Origin: Meiothermus sp. | Lineage (GTDB): Bacteria; Deinococcota; Deinococci; Deinococcales; Thermaceae | Direction of reading: 5' to 3' | Assembly (NCBI GenBank): GCA_033762915.1 | Contig: JANRLD010000002.1 | Location: 1-64,000, forward strand | DNA: 64,000 nucleotides | Shown: piece after piece, positions 16,439-25,879 of the stretch | How positions within the stretch are numbered: the stretch's first letter is position 1 | Layout of the letters: every line of letters starts with the position of its first letter | The notes under the pieces: model-generated | What the model saw: the letters and a program-made list of their open reading frames with translations, nothing else | Database searches by the model: none | What the model was told of the DNA's origin: nothing | Made by a program: the position numbers and the translations under genes

Positions 16439-17329
16439 ATGAACCCCTACGTATATCCGGTATTCGCGGTGGTCGCCTGGGGCTGCAACTTCACCCTGCT
16501 CAAGGCGCTGGTGGCCTACTTGCCGCCGCACGCCATGAACGGGATTCGCACGCTGGTTGCCGGGGTGATCTTCCTGGCGCTGTGGCGCTTCTCGCAGCGG
16601 CTGGGGTGGCGGGACTGGCTGCTGCTGATCGGCATTGGGGTGGTGGCCAACTCGGGCTATCAGTTCCTCTTCCTGCAAGGGGTGGAGCTGCTGCCCGCCA
16701 CGTACAACACCATGATCGCCGCCACCAACCCGGTCTGGGCGGTGCTGATCGGGGCGCTGTTCTTCGGCGAGCGGCTGTCGGTGATGGGCTATGTGGGAAT
16801 GGCGATCTCGCTGGGGGGTATCTTCGTGCTGACGGGGGGCGGCGGGGGCGAGGTACCCTGGCTGGGCGTGTTTTTCGCGCTGGGGGCCACGGTCATCTGG
16901 GCCTGGTACAGCGCCATCACCCGGCCCCTGAGCTCTCGCTATACCCTCCTCAGCTGGACGGGCCTGGGCTTCGTGGTGGGGCTGATGCCGTACTGGCTGT
17001 ACAGCGCCCCGCAGATCGCGGCGGTGGAGTTGGCGGGCGTCCCCCCCTTGGTTTGGGCGGGCGTGGTGCTCTCGGCGGTGATGGCCAACTGCATGGCCTT
17101 CCTGGCCTGGACCCGGGCCATCCAACTGCTGGGCGCGGTGCGGATTGCGGTGTTCCAGAACCTCGTTCCGGTGATCGGCGTGACGACCAGCATCCTCTTC
17201 CTGCGCGAGCCCTTCACGATGCTGGACGTGGCGGCGGCGCTGTTGGTCCTGGTTGGCGTGGTGGTGACGCAGCGGGCCAAGTCCAGCCTGCCCGCCCTCA
17301 CTCCGTCGCCGAGAGCAGGGCCACCCTAG
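16439..17329 (+). CDS. DMT/EamA family transporter
   Basis: About 10 hydrophobic segments; FFGERL and FLREPF repeat ends. Confidence 0.9.
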   Translation: MNPYVYPVFAVVAWGCNFTLLKALVAYLPPHAMNGIRTLVAGVIFLALWRFSQRLGWRDWLLLIGIGVVANSGYQFLFLQGVELLPATYNTMIAATNPVWAVLIGALFFGERLSVMGYVGMAISLGGIFVLTGGGGGEVPWLGVFFALGATVIWAWYSAITRPLSSRYTLLSWTGLGFVVGLMPYWLYSAPQIAAVELAGVPPLVWAGVVLSAVMANCMAFLAWTRAIQLLGAVRIAVFQNLVPVIGVTTSILFLREPFTMLDVAAALLVLVGVVVTQRAKSSLPALTPSPRAGPP

Positions 17330-17996
17330 GCCCCTCGGCCTGTGAGCGTAGCCTCTCCAGCGCCCGCTTGGTTCGCCCCGCCCCCAGCCAGCCGCCCCAG
17401 TAGCCCTCGAGCGTCCCCAGGACCCACTCCAGCGGAACTTCCCGGCGCTCCTCGCGGGGGCAGAACAGCAGATCCATGTTGGTCACCGGGCCGCCGTTTG
17501 CTCCGCCAACGGGCTGCTCGTAGGCCAGATTGACCTTGCGAAAACCCAGCCGCTGAAAGGTGGCCCGCCGCTGCGTGGGGTCGGAGCCGACCCGGTGTTC
17601 GGCCTCGAGTTCTTCCGCGCTCATCCGACCCGGCGCAACCACGTCGATAAACAGTCCGTTCACCGGCCTACCCGCCGCCCTGTCCAGCACTTCAAAGCGT
17701 GCCTGGTGTAGCCTGCGGGCAAGACCCTGGCCCCGGTGGGCGCGGTCTACCCCCATAAAGCTCGAGAAGCCGCAGTTGGCCTTGGCCATGAGGTGAAACA
17801 GCGTCCCGCCCAGCAACTCCTGGCCCTCCTCGGCTACCAGCAGGAAGTTGGAGCGCCCGCTCATCGGCCCGGCGATCATCAACCCAATCACGCTGGCCGG
17901 GATCAGCAGGTCGGCCTCGAAGTAGACCTGCCGCTGCAAGGCCCCGAATTTCTTGATGGCGGGGTCGAGCGGGTTGGTTACCTGTCGGATCGGCAT
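17298..17996 (-). CDS. GNAT family acetyltransferase
   Basis: GVDRAHRGQGLA acetyl-CoA motif A; FQRLGF; start chosen at ATG 17996. Confidence 0.75.
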   Translation of the reverse strand: MPIRQVTNPLDPAIKKFGALQRQVYFEADLLIPASVIGLMIAGPMSGRSNFLLVAEEGQELLGGTLFHLMAKANCGFSSFMGVDRAHRGQGLARRLHQARFEVLDRAAGRPVNGLFIDVVAPGRMSAEELEAEHRVGSDPTQRRATFQRLGFRKVNLAYEQPVGGANGGPVTNMDLLFCPREERREVPLEWVLGTLEGYWGGWLGAGRTKRALERLRSQAEGPRVALLSATE

Positions 17997-18100
17997 GGGT
18001 GACCAAAAGTGTATGCGCTGGGCCGGAAGTCGGGGGCGACTCAACTGACAAACCTCGGCCCCTTGTGCGATCTGAATTATGTGTGTAACGTAATGGAGCC

Positions 18101-18496
18101 ATGCATAAAGCCACCGGCACGTTCAAGGTTCAACTCGCCCCTCAGCCTGCTGACGGGTATTTCGACGGCCCAACCCTAAACCGCCTGACCATAGACAAAC
18201 AGTTTCAGGGCGACCTCGAGGGCAGCAGCCAGGGCCAGATGATGAGCGCGGTCTCGAGCGTGCCGGGCTCGGCGGGCTACGTGGCTGTTGAAAAAGTAAG
18301 CGGGCGGCTCGAGGGGCGCACGGGGAGCTTCGTGCTACAGCACAGCAGCTTCATGAACCGGGGCCTGCCCGAGCAGTCGATCCGGGTGGTGCCCGACTCC
18401 GGCACCGAGGAACTGATCGGGCTGAGCGGCCGCATGACCATCCTGATTGTGGACGGGCAGCACCGCTACGAGTTTGAGTACAGCTTCACCGACTGA
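18101..18496 (+). CDS. DUF3224-like protein
   Basis: F.GDLEG.S, GYVA.E…G.L.GR.GSFVLQH, VPDSGT.EL.GL.G pattern. Confidence 0.8.
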   Translation: MHKATGTFKVQLAPQPADGYFDGPTLNRLTIDKQFQGDLEGSSQGQMMSAVSSVPGSAGYVAVEKVSGRLEGRTGSFVLQHSSFMNRGLPEQSIRVVPDSGTEELIGLSGRMTILIVDGQHRYEFEYSFTD

Positions 18497-19548
18497 CCGG
18501 ACAGATAGCCCACGCTCCCGCCGCCCTCCCGCTCGAGCCGCCGCAGCAGCCCCCGGTTCAGGTCGCGGATTAGGAAGGGCCCCTCGTAGACCAAGGCGGT
18601 GTAGAGCTGAACCATCACCGCGCCCGCCTCGAGCCGCGTCCACACGTCGTCCACGCTGGAGATGCCCCCCACCGAGACCACTGGAACCCGGCTGTGGGCC
18701 TTTAGGTACTTGAGCACCTCGAGCGACCTCTCCCGCAGCGGCTTGCCCGAAAGCCCGCCGACCTCGTGGATGGGGGTCTTCAGGCCCTCTCGAGCCACCG
18801 TGGTGTTGGTGGCGATCAGCCCGGCCAGTTTGTAGATCTCGACCAGCCCGATGATCTGGTCGAGCTGGCCCCAGGTCAGGTCGGGGGCGATCTTGAGCAC
18901 GATGGGCTTGCGCCCGTTGGCAAACTCGGTGACGGCCGCCAGCAGCTCCTCGAGCCTGTCCCGGTCCTGCAACTCGCGCAGTCCTGGCGTGTTGGGCGAG
19001 CTGACGTTGACCACGAAGTAGTCGCCCAGGTCCCACAGCCGCTCGAGGCTTTCCAGGTAGTCTCGAGGCGCATCCTGCAAAGCCACCACCTTGGACTTGC
19101 CCAGGTTGATCCCCAGCGGAACCGGGAGCCTGCCAAAGCGTTTTTGGCTCTCCTCGAGCCGCCCCGCCACCGCTTCGGCACCCTGGTTGTTGAAGCCCAT
19201 GCGGTTGATGAGGGCGTCGTCGTCGGGCAGGCGGAACAGGCGGGGGCGGTCGTTGCCCGGCTGGGCCAAGGCGGTCACCGAGCCGATCTCCACCGACCCG
19301 AAGCCCATGGCCGCCCAGCTCCGCAGCGCGACCGCGTTCTTGTCGAAGCCTGCCGCCAGCCCGACGGGGTTGGGGAACTTCAGCCCGAAGGCGCTCACCT
19401 CGAGCCGCTTGTCCTCTACCCTGCAAAGCCTCGAGAGCAGCCCCAGGCTGGGCCCCCGCCGCGACAAAAACGCCAGCCCCGCCATCACGGAGTCGTGGAC
19501 GGTCTCGGGGTCTTGGCTGAAGAGGTAGGGCTTGAGGAGCGAATACAC
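18466..19548 (-). CDS. pyrD: Quinone-dependent dihydroorotate dehydrogenase (class 2)
   Basis: NPVGLAAGFDK, NRMGFNN, NVSSPNTPGLR, KIAPD, GGLSG; GTG 19548 preceded by TATACT-N6. Confidence 0.95.
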   Translation of the reverse strand: MYSLLKPYLFSQDPETVHDSVMAGLAFLSRRGPSLGLLSRLCRVEDKRLEVSAFGLKFPNPVGLAAGFDKNAVALRSWAAMGFGSVEIGSVTALAQPGNDRPRLFRLPDDDALINRMGFNNQGAEAVAGRLEESQKRFGRLPVPLGINLGKSKVVALQDAPRDYLESLERLWDLGDYFVVNVSSPNTPGLRELQDRDRLEELLAAVTEFANGRKPIVLKIAPDLTWGQLDQIIGLVEIYKLAGLIATNTTVAREGLKTPIHEVGGLSGKPLRERSLEVLKYLKAHSRVPVVSVGGISSVDDVWTRLEAGAVMVQLYTALVYEGPFLIRDLNRGLLRRLEREGGGSVGYLSGQSVKLYSNS

Positions 19549-19752
19549 GGGGTAAGTATAAGTCGAGTGCCGGGCGTGAAAGGTCCCAGGTTGCTGAGTG
19601 TCCCAGAGATGGGTTTGCGAAGGTGCCCCAAACGCCACTGCCCCCTCTGGGGTTTCCCAAACCCGTCGCGGTGCAAGTGGTCGGAGCAAATCCTTTCTCA
19701 CCCTGGGCGGGGCGTAGCGAGTGGGCCCTTGATTGTGCGGTTTTGGCCTGTG

Positions 19753-19858
19753 ACAGCGGTTCCCACCATTACGCCTCACGCAGTGATGCGCTGAAGCGGG
19801 CGTAATGTACCCTGCACATCCGAGTCTCTGCGTGCGTGGTATTCGTGGGAACCGCTGT
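19753..19858. mobile_element. MITE-like element, subfamily B (shares the AGCGGTTCCCAC end with family A)
   Basis: ACAGCGGTTCCCAC … GTGGGAACCGCTGT perfect terminal inverted repeat; reverse-complement homologue at 36524-36645. Confidence 0.78.
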
Positions 19859-20062
19859 GAGCTGAGCGGCCGATCGGGTTGTTGGGCACTCACTGCTGGG
19901 ATGGGCATAAAGGGTTGCTTAATCCAGGCCGAAACATTTGCCGAGGGCGCCCTGCTTAAGCTAGCGGGCAGTGTTACGGCCTCTCTCAGGTAACGGTTTT
20001 TTCTGACATGTCGCCCGTACAGCCGTCCCTAGACTGGAACAGCTTTGGGAAAGTGAGGCTCG

Positions 20063-21967
20063 ATGCGCTGTCTTTCATTGCTCACCGTCTCCTCGTCGCT
20101 GGCGCTGATGCTGCTATTGGGAGCCTGCTCGAGCCCCGCCTCCGCTACCAGCCCCAACCCGACGCCCTTCACCCCCAACCCCACCAGCCCCAACCCCACC
20201 GACCCCGCCGTCCCCCAGCCGCCCGTCCCGCCCCCCAACCCCGGCATGACCAACGCCGAGGCCAAGCAAGTCGCGATGGCGCTGTGGCACAACCAGGACC
20301 TCACCAAGCACCCTAAGGGAAGCTGCGCGGGCTGCCACGGGGCCGACTTCTTCGACCTGGCCCGCATCGGCTCCACCGACGCCGACCTAACCCGCCGTGC
20401 CGTCATCGACGGGGCCACCCCCGCCGAGGCTGCCGCGCTGATCCAGGCCGTCAAGGCCATGCGGACCGAGATGCGGCTGCCCGCCGCCAACGCCCGCACC
20501 TTCCGGCCCTTCCAGCCGGGCGGCGAGGTGCTGTTGAGCGGCCTAACCGACCCGCCACACCTCCGGGCGGTTAAGCGGGACATCGAGTTCGGGAGGCGGC
20601 TCGAGCGCCTTCTTCCCACCCTGATGGGCGGCAGGATAGACAGCCTCGAGAAGGCCCAAAAAGCCCGTGACGAACTACTCGACCTGGCCAGAGGAACCAA
20701 CACCGCAGGGGCCAACCCCAACCGCCTCAACATCCGCAAACTGCCCACCGGCATCATCTACCCGCTGTGGTCGGCCGACTCATTCCACGGGGCTGCCGAG
20801 GGGACCTTCAACGACTGGGTGGCCGATGTGGCTCACGATGCCAAGCCCGAGCGCAAGACCGAGTGGCTGGCCCTGCAAAATGCCTACCTCGCCAACCCCT
20901 CAACCGAAAACTTCTGGAAGATGTACCACGCTGTCGCCACAGGCGGCATCACCACTACCCCACTGCTGGGAACCTGCACCATGGACGGCCTCAACCCATC
21001 GCTGGCCTGCGGGGCAGTGGACGATTTCAACCAGCACAAGTTCCTCTCGGCCCTAATCGGGCAGCACTTGATGCGCCAGGAGGCGTTGGGCCTCGAGGAC
21101 GGTTTCACCCAAAATGCGCTGGCCTTCCAGTACCTCGACACCGACCCCCGTTTCGCCTTTATCAACCAGCGCAAAGACCCCGAGTTCCTACCCGCCGACA
21201 TGTGGGAAATTGGCGACCGTGGGCGGGTGATGCTCGACGATAGCAGCCGGACAGGGTCCTTCCGCGAGAACCTGCGCAAGCTTGGATACCCCGAGTTTGT
21301 GCTCAACTCGATTGACCCCAACCGCACCGAAGCCCAAGAGCAACACGCCCTGCGCCTGGCCTGGTTCTGGATCGGCTTCAGCTTCGACCCCAGCTTCGCC
21401 CGAATGCACGCCTCCAACGCCACCAAGGTGGGCGAATACATGGTGGGCACGCTGATCCAGGAGCGGATGTTCATCCACAACGCCTTCGCCCAGAACATGC
21501 GGCTGGTCGCCAGGGGCTTCCTGCCCGAGGCCAACGTGCGGAGTGCCACCCGCCCCAGCCGGGTGACCCCAGTTAAGCCGGAGTTCCTGATGAACTACTC
21601 CTACTTCATCGGCTACGGGCGGGAGATTCTTGATAAGGAGTGGAGCGAGGATCGCCGGGCCGGTGTCACCTTCCCGCAGGCCCTCAAAGACGAGCAGGGC
21701 GCGATCTGGGGCCGCTTCGTCTCCAACGGCTTCCGCATGAGCCTGTACCTTCAGATGGCCGAGTGGCCCGGGCTGAGCACGGCCAGCCAGACCCACCTGC
21801 GCAGCACCTTCGTGGACACCGTCGATGCTGGCGGCAACACCCGCTACGGCACCCTGCGGGTCATCGAGCGCAGCCTCGAGCACTACAACCCTGCCACGGT
21901 CGCCCTCGAGGAAGAACTGGTCAACCAGATGCGCGACCTGGCCGGGATTCCCAGGCCGACGTACTGA
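20063..21967 (+). CDS. Uncharacterized large lipoprotein with Pro-rich linker and one CxxCH motif
   Basis: Lipobox LLGAC; PNPT repeats; CAGCH; host-like codon usage. Confidence 0.75.
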   Translation: MRCLSLLTVSSSLALMLLLGACSSPASATSPNPTPFTPNPTSPNPTDPAVPQPPVPPPNPGMTNAEAKQVAMALWHNQDLTKHPKGSCAGCHGADFFDLARIGSTDADLTRRAVIDGATPAEAAALIQAVKAMRTEMRLPAANARTFRPFQPGGEVLLSGLTDPPHLRAVKRDIEFGRRLERLLPTLMGGRIDSLEKAQKARDELLDLARGTNTAGANPNRLNIRKLPTGIIYPLWSADSFHGAAEGTFNDWVADVAHDAKPERKTEWLALQNAYLANPSTENFWKMYHAVATGGITTTPLLGTCTMDGLNPSLACGAVDDFNQHKFLSALIGQHLMRQEALGLEDGFTQNALAFQYLDTDPRFAFINQRKDPEFLPADMWEIGDRGRVMLDDSSRTGSFRENLRKLGYPEFVLNSIDPNRTEAQEQHALRLAWFWIGFSFDPSFARMHASNATKVGEYMVGTLIQERMFIHNAFAQNMRLVARGFLPEANVRSATRPSRVTPVKPEFLMNYSYFIGYGREILDKEWSEDRRAGVTFPQALKDEQGAIWGRFVSNGFRMSLYLQMAEWPGLSTASQTHLRSTFVDTVDAGGNTRYGTLRVIERSLEHYNPATVALEEELVNQMRDLAGIPRPTY

Positions 21968-22033
21968 CAGCCGTTCCCACGACCCCGCACACCGAGGCCC
22001 GGAGGTGCGGGGTCGGTTCGTGAGAAGCGTTGT
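21967..22033. mobile_element. Short subfamily-B element overlapping the lipoprotein stop codon
   Basis: ACAGCCGTTCCCACGA…CCCGCAC…GTGCGGG…TCGTGAGAAGCGTTGT, similar to the 5' half of the 36524 copy. Confidence 0.6.
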
Positions 22034-22200
22034 GAGGCTTCGGTGCCCGAGACTGGCCTCGACATCAAGCCAGGCCCTCACCGGTGGCCTGACCCGCCCT
22101 AGGTGGGCTCATCTTCTACTCAGTCAGCTGCCATTCATGCGGGGAGAATACAGTTGTTTTATCGGCCCCGTGCGTTGCTTGAAAATGGAGGAGGAACCTC

Positions 22201-23307
22201 ATGAAGCGTTGGCTGCTGGTAGTCACCCTCTTGGTGCTGGCGCTGGCCCAGGCCCAGCAGAACCCCTCGAGTTCCGTCCAGGCCCTGCTGGCCCAGGCCG
22301 AGCAGTTCGCCGCCCAGGCCAGGACGCAAAACGTCCCGCGCTCGCCCGACTCCACCCTCTGGCGGCAGGCCATCCAGAAGGCCGAGGAGGCCACACGGGC
22401 CGACCCGGCCTCATCCGAGGCGTGGCGGCTGCTGGCGACCTACTACTCCGAGACCCGCTTCTGGATTCGGGCCGACGAGGCCTGGAGCCAGTACCTGCGG
22501 CGCGGCACCCCCGACGAGCGCACCAGCCAGCAGATCGCCCAGGTGCAGATGAACCTGGGCTACGCCGCCTACGGTCAGGAGAACCTCGAGGCCGCTGCCG
22601 CCCGCTTCCAGAGCGCCGCCGAGTTCGACCCCCGCAGTGCCGCGCCACTGGAGTGGCAGGGCCGCATCGCCCTCGAGCAGGGTAACGTGGGGGCCGCCCG
22701 CGCCTTCTACCAGCGGGCCAACCAGCTCCAGCCGGGTGACACCAACCGCTACTTCCTCAACCTGACCCAGAACGTGCAGTCCTACGGGCGCGAAGCCACC
22801 CGCGCCTTCCTCGAGGCCTATGACACCTACCAGGCCGGACAGCGCGAGCAGGCCCTGCAAGGCTTCGCGGAGGCCGCGCGGGCCGCCCCGCAGTGGTCGG
22901 AGGCCCAGCGCTGGGTGGGCCGACTCCAGCTCGAGCTGAACCGGCCCGCCCAGGCCCTCACCACCTGGCAGCAGCTCGCCGCCACCGCCGGCAGCACCGC
23001 CAGCGACCGCTACTTCCTGCGCTTTGCCCAGCTCGCCAACCAGAACGGCACCCCTGCCGCCCGGGCCTTTCTCGACGGAGTGAACGCCTTCGACCTCAAC
23101 CGTGCCGCCGCCCTGACCTTCTTCCAGCAGGCCACTGCCGCCAGCCCCAACTTTGCCGAGGCCTGGTACTGGCTGGGGCGCAGCGCCTTCGAGACCAGGA
23201 ACTACGGCCAGGCCGTAGATGCCTACTCGAGGGTCCTCCAGCTCCAGCCCGACAACCGCGAGGCCCAGTACTGGCTGGGTCAGGCCCGGAGGGCGCTGGG
23301 CCAGTAA
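22201..23307 (+). CDS. Secreted TPR protein
   Basis: GGAGGAGG RBS; signal peptide MKRWLLVV…AQA; AEAWYWLG and EAQYWLG TPR units. Confidence 0.85.
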   Translation: MKRWLLVVTLLVLALAQAQQNPSSSVQALLAQAEQFAAQARTQNVPRSPDSTLWRQAIQKAEEATRADPASSEAWRLLATYYSETRFWIRADEAWSQYLRRGTPDERTSQQIAQVQMNLGYAAYGQENLEAAAARFQSAAEFDPRSAAPLEWQGRIALEQGNVGAARAFYQRANQLQPGDTNRYFLNLTQNVQSYGREATRAFLEAYDTYQAGQREQALQGFAEAARAAPQWSEAQRWVGRLQLELNRPAQALTTWQQLAATAGSTASDRYFLRFAQLANQNGTPAARAFLDGVNAFDLNRAAALTFFQQATAASPNFAEAWYWLGRSAFETRNYGQAVDAYSRVLQLQPDNREAQYWLGQARRALGQ

Positions 23308-23395
23308 GGGGCGGGGGAGAGGAAGCGGAGAGCGGCAAACAGCTGCCTGAGTCGGCAATGTCAAAAACCAAGAGAAAGGCCGATAGCGCGGTCGT

Positions 23396-25540
23396 TTACG
23401 GACTGACCTTGCAGCCGCCCTCAACCATCCGCTGCTCCAGCTTTCCGAGCCCCAAGTTCTGCACCGCAGCGCCGGCCTCGAGGTATACCCGCCCGCTGGC
23501 GAACTCGCTCACGCCGTCGTTGTTGTGGTCCACCCAGGCCCGCAAGTAGAGGTCGCCGCCGGGTCCCTCGAGGCGCACCCCGTAGCGGTAGCCGCCGTCG
23601 TAAACTGCCACCCCGCTGCGGATCAGCCTCCCGCTCTCGCCCCGCCCCTGGCACAGCGCGACTTGCACCGCGCCCAAGTCCGCGACCCCACTGCCGCTTT
23701 GGTAGTGCAGCAGCAGGCTGGTCTGGCCCAGCTCGAGCACCCGGAAATACTGCCCGCTTTCGGCGCGGGTGAGGCTGACCGTAAACACCTGCTCGGCTCC
23801 CGGGGCCAGCACCACGGACTGGGGCGAGACGCTCAGGCCCGCCGTGCTGGGTACGCCGAGCCGCGCGGGCTGGTTGCCATAGTTGCGCAGGGTGAAGCCG
23901 GCGCTGGCCTGAGTGCCCAGGTTCACTCGAGCCGAGGGCGAGACGAAGGCCCCCAGCGCCTCGCGGCGGGCTGCCCGCCCCACCGCCTGCCCCGCGTCCA
24001 CCAGGCCCCCACATCCCGCGCAGGACGGGATGCTCACGGCACTGCGGCTCAGGTAGGCGCTGGCCTCGGCCCAGGTCAGGTCGGGTTTTACGGCGGCCAT
24101 CAGGGCCACAATGCCGCTGACGAAGGGGGCGGCGCTCGAGGTCCCGCTGAGGGGGCGGTAGGTGAAGGCCCCGGAGGCGTCGCGGCCCGGGCTCCAGATG
24201 TTCTCGCCAGGGGCCAGCACCCGAACCGCAGGGCCGAAGTTGGAGAAGGCGGCTTTCTGGCGCTGGGCGTCGGTGGCTCCGACTGCAATGACCGTTTCGC
24301 TCCCGGCCGGGCTGTAGCGCAGGGCCTGGTCGCTGTCGTTGCCTGCCGCTGCCACCACGATCACGTTGCGCTCCCGCACCACCTCTGCGATGGCCTCGTC
24401 CATCAGTCGGTTGACGCCCAGACCGCTCAGGCTGAGGTTGATGACCTTGGCCGGGTTGGGGTTGGGTGGCGCGCCCGCCACCCTCAGGCCCGCCGCCCAG
24501 CGCAGCCCCGCGATAATGTCGGCGTCGGTCCCGCCCAGCCGACCCAGCACCCGCACCGGCAGGATGCGGGCGTTGGCGTCCACCCCGGCGATGCCCAGGC
24601 TGTTGTCGCGGCAGGCCCCGATGATGCCCGCCACCTGGGTGCCGTGGTCGTCGCCGGGGGCCGGGTAGGGGTCGGGGTCGCGGCCGTCGTTGTCACCGTT
24701 GTCGGGGTAGGAGACGAAGTCAAATCCCCCCAGCACCCGCCCACAGGCCAGGTCGGGGTGGGTCGCGGCGGGGTCGCCCGGCCGCCAGAGGAGGCCGGTA
24801 TCCAGCACCGCGACCACCACCGCCCCGGAGGCCTGGGTCGGGCGCCAGGCACCGGCGAGGTTGAGCTGCTGCGCCGCCCACTGGTTGCGGGTCTGCTCGG
24901 GGTCGCCTGCCGTCTGGGCGGGGAAGCGCCAGTAGTTGGGCTCGGCGTACTCCACGTCGGGGCGCGCCCGCAGCTGATCGATCCACTCGAGGGTCGAGGC
25001 GGCCGAGACGCTTTGCGAGCCCACCTCGCTGGTGGGCATCTTTATGAGTTCGACCTGGCCCCCGTCCGCTGGCCGATCGCCCGCTTGGGTCTCGACCCCG
25101 CGCCACTTCACCAAAGCCTGGCCCTCGACGAAACCGGCCTCGAGGGTCGGGGTGGAAATCTGCCCCTGCACGCCCCGCACCTGGCGGTAGTTGACCCGGA
25201 CCGCCAGGCTCTGGCGAGGCTGTAGGGTCAGATCGGGAATGGGCTCTGGCGCGTAGATCTGGCCGCCGTACCAGATGTCGAGCCCTTCGAGGCGGTAGCG
25301 GCCCTCGAGGAGGTCGGAAAGGGTTTGGCCGGGCTGGATGGTTTTGCTGGAGCCGTCGGGCCCGCTCAGCCGTAGCGCCGTGCGGGCCCCCGCGGGCAGC
25401 CCCGACACCTCCGTGTGCAGGCTCGAACCCTGCGAGCCGCTCTGCGCCTCGGGCGCCGGCGGGGCCTGAAGCCCTGTGCCGCCGCACCCCGCGAGCAGAC
25501 CCGTCATTATGGCTACACCAATAACAGCACCAGCCCTCAT
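23396..25540 (-). CDS. S8 serine peptidase lipoprotein with extra N- and C-terminal beta domains
   Basis: Lipobox LLAGC; YAEPNY, VLDTG, HGTQVAG, AAGND, GTSSAAP. Confidence 0.9.
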   Translation of the reverse strand: MRAGAVIGVAIMTGLLAGCGGTGLQAPPAPEAQSGSQGSSLHTEVSGLPAGARTALRLSGPDGSSKTIQPGQTLSDLLEGRYRLEGLDIWYGGQIYAPEPIPDLTLQPRQSLAVRVNYRQVRGVQGQISTPTLEAGFVEGQALVKWRGVETQAGDRPADGGQVELIKMPTSEVGSQSVSAASTLEWIDQLRARPDVEYAEPNYWRFPAQTAGDPEQTRNQWAAQQLNLAGAWRPTQASGAVVVAVLDTGLLWRPGDPAATHPDLACGRVLGGFDFVSYPDNGDNDGRDPDPYPAPGDDHGTQVAGIIGACRDNSLGIAGVDANARILPVRVLGRLGGTDADIIAGLRWAAGLRVAGAPPNPNPAKVINLSLSGLGVNRLMDEAIAEVVRERNVIVVAAAGNDSDQALRYSPAGSETVIAVGATDAQRQKAAFSNFGPAVRVLAPGENIWSPGRDASGAFTYRPLSGTSSAAPFVSGIVALMAAVKPDLTWAEASAYLSRSAVSIPSCAGCGGLVDAGQAVGRAARREALGAFVSPSARVNLGTQASAGFTLRNYGNQPARLGVPSTAGLSVSPQSVVLAPGAEQVFTVSLTRAESGQYFRVLELGQTSLLLHYQSGSGVADLGAVQVALCQGRGESGRLIRSGVAVYDGGYRYGVRLEGPGGDLYLRAWVDHNNDGVSEFASGRVYLEAGAAVQNLGLGKLEQRMVEGGCKVSP

Positions 25541-25583
25541 GGCTTCCCCTTTCTCAGCCGGCTTTAGCCTAGTTTGAAGGAAT

Positions 25584-25602
25584 TGTAGTTTTACTACATT
25601 AC
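25584..25602. promoter_or_regulatory. Palindrome TGTAGT-TTT-ACTACA upstream of the second S8 gene
   Basis: Perfect 6-bp arms in AT-rich intergenic DNA about 45 nt upstream of the ATG. Confidence 0.4.
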
Positions 25603-25879
25603 AACACAGTTACCACTTCAACACCCCATTTGTTACATCACAGCCGGGGATCCTGCCCCCTCATCCCGCCCAAAAATGCCTGACAAAACCGCAAACAAAG
25701 CCAAGTTCGATATATTGACAGTGTAGGGGAGACTCGAGGATCACCCCCTGTGAAGAGATGCCTTAAAACGGCGTTAAGCAAAGTTACCCGCCCCGGCTAT
25801 GTGCTGCCGGGGCGCGGCCTCGAGACCACTTTTGGCCTCCAGGATGGGCTTTTGTGAGTTTACCGGGCGCCTTGGCCCC

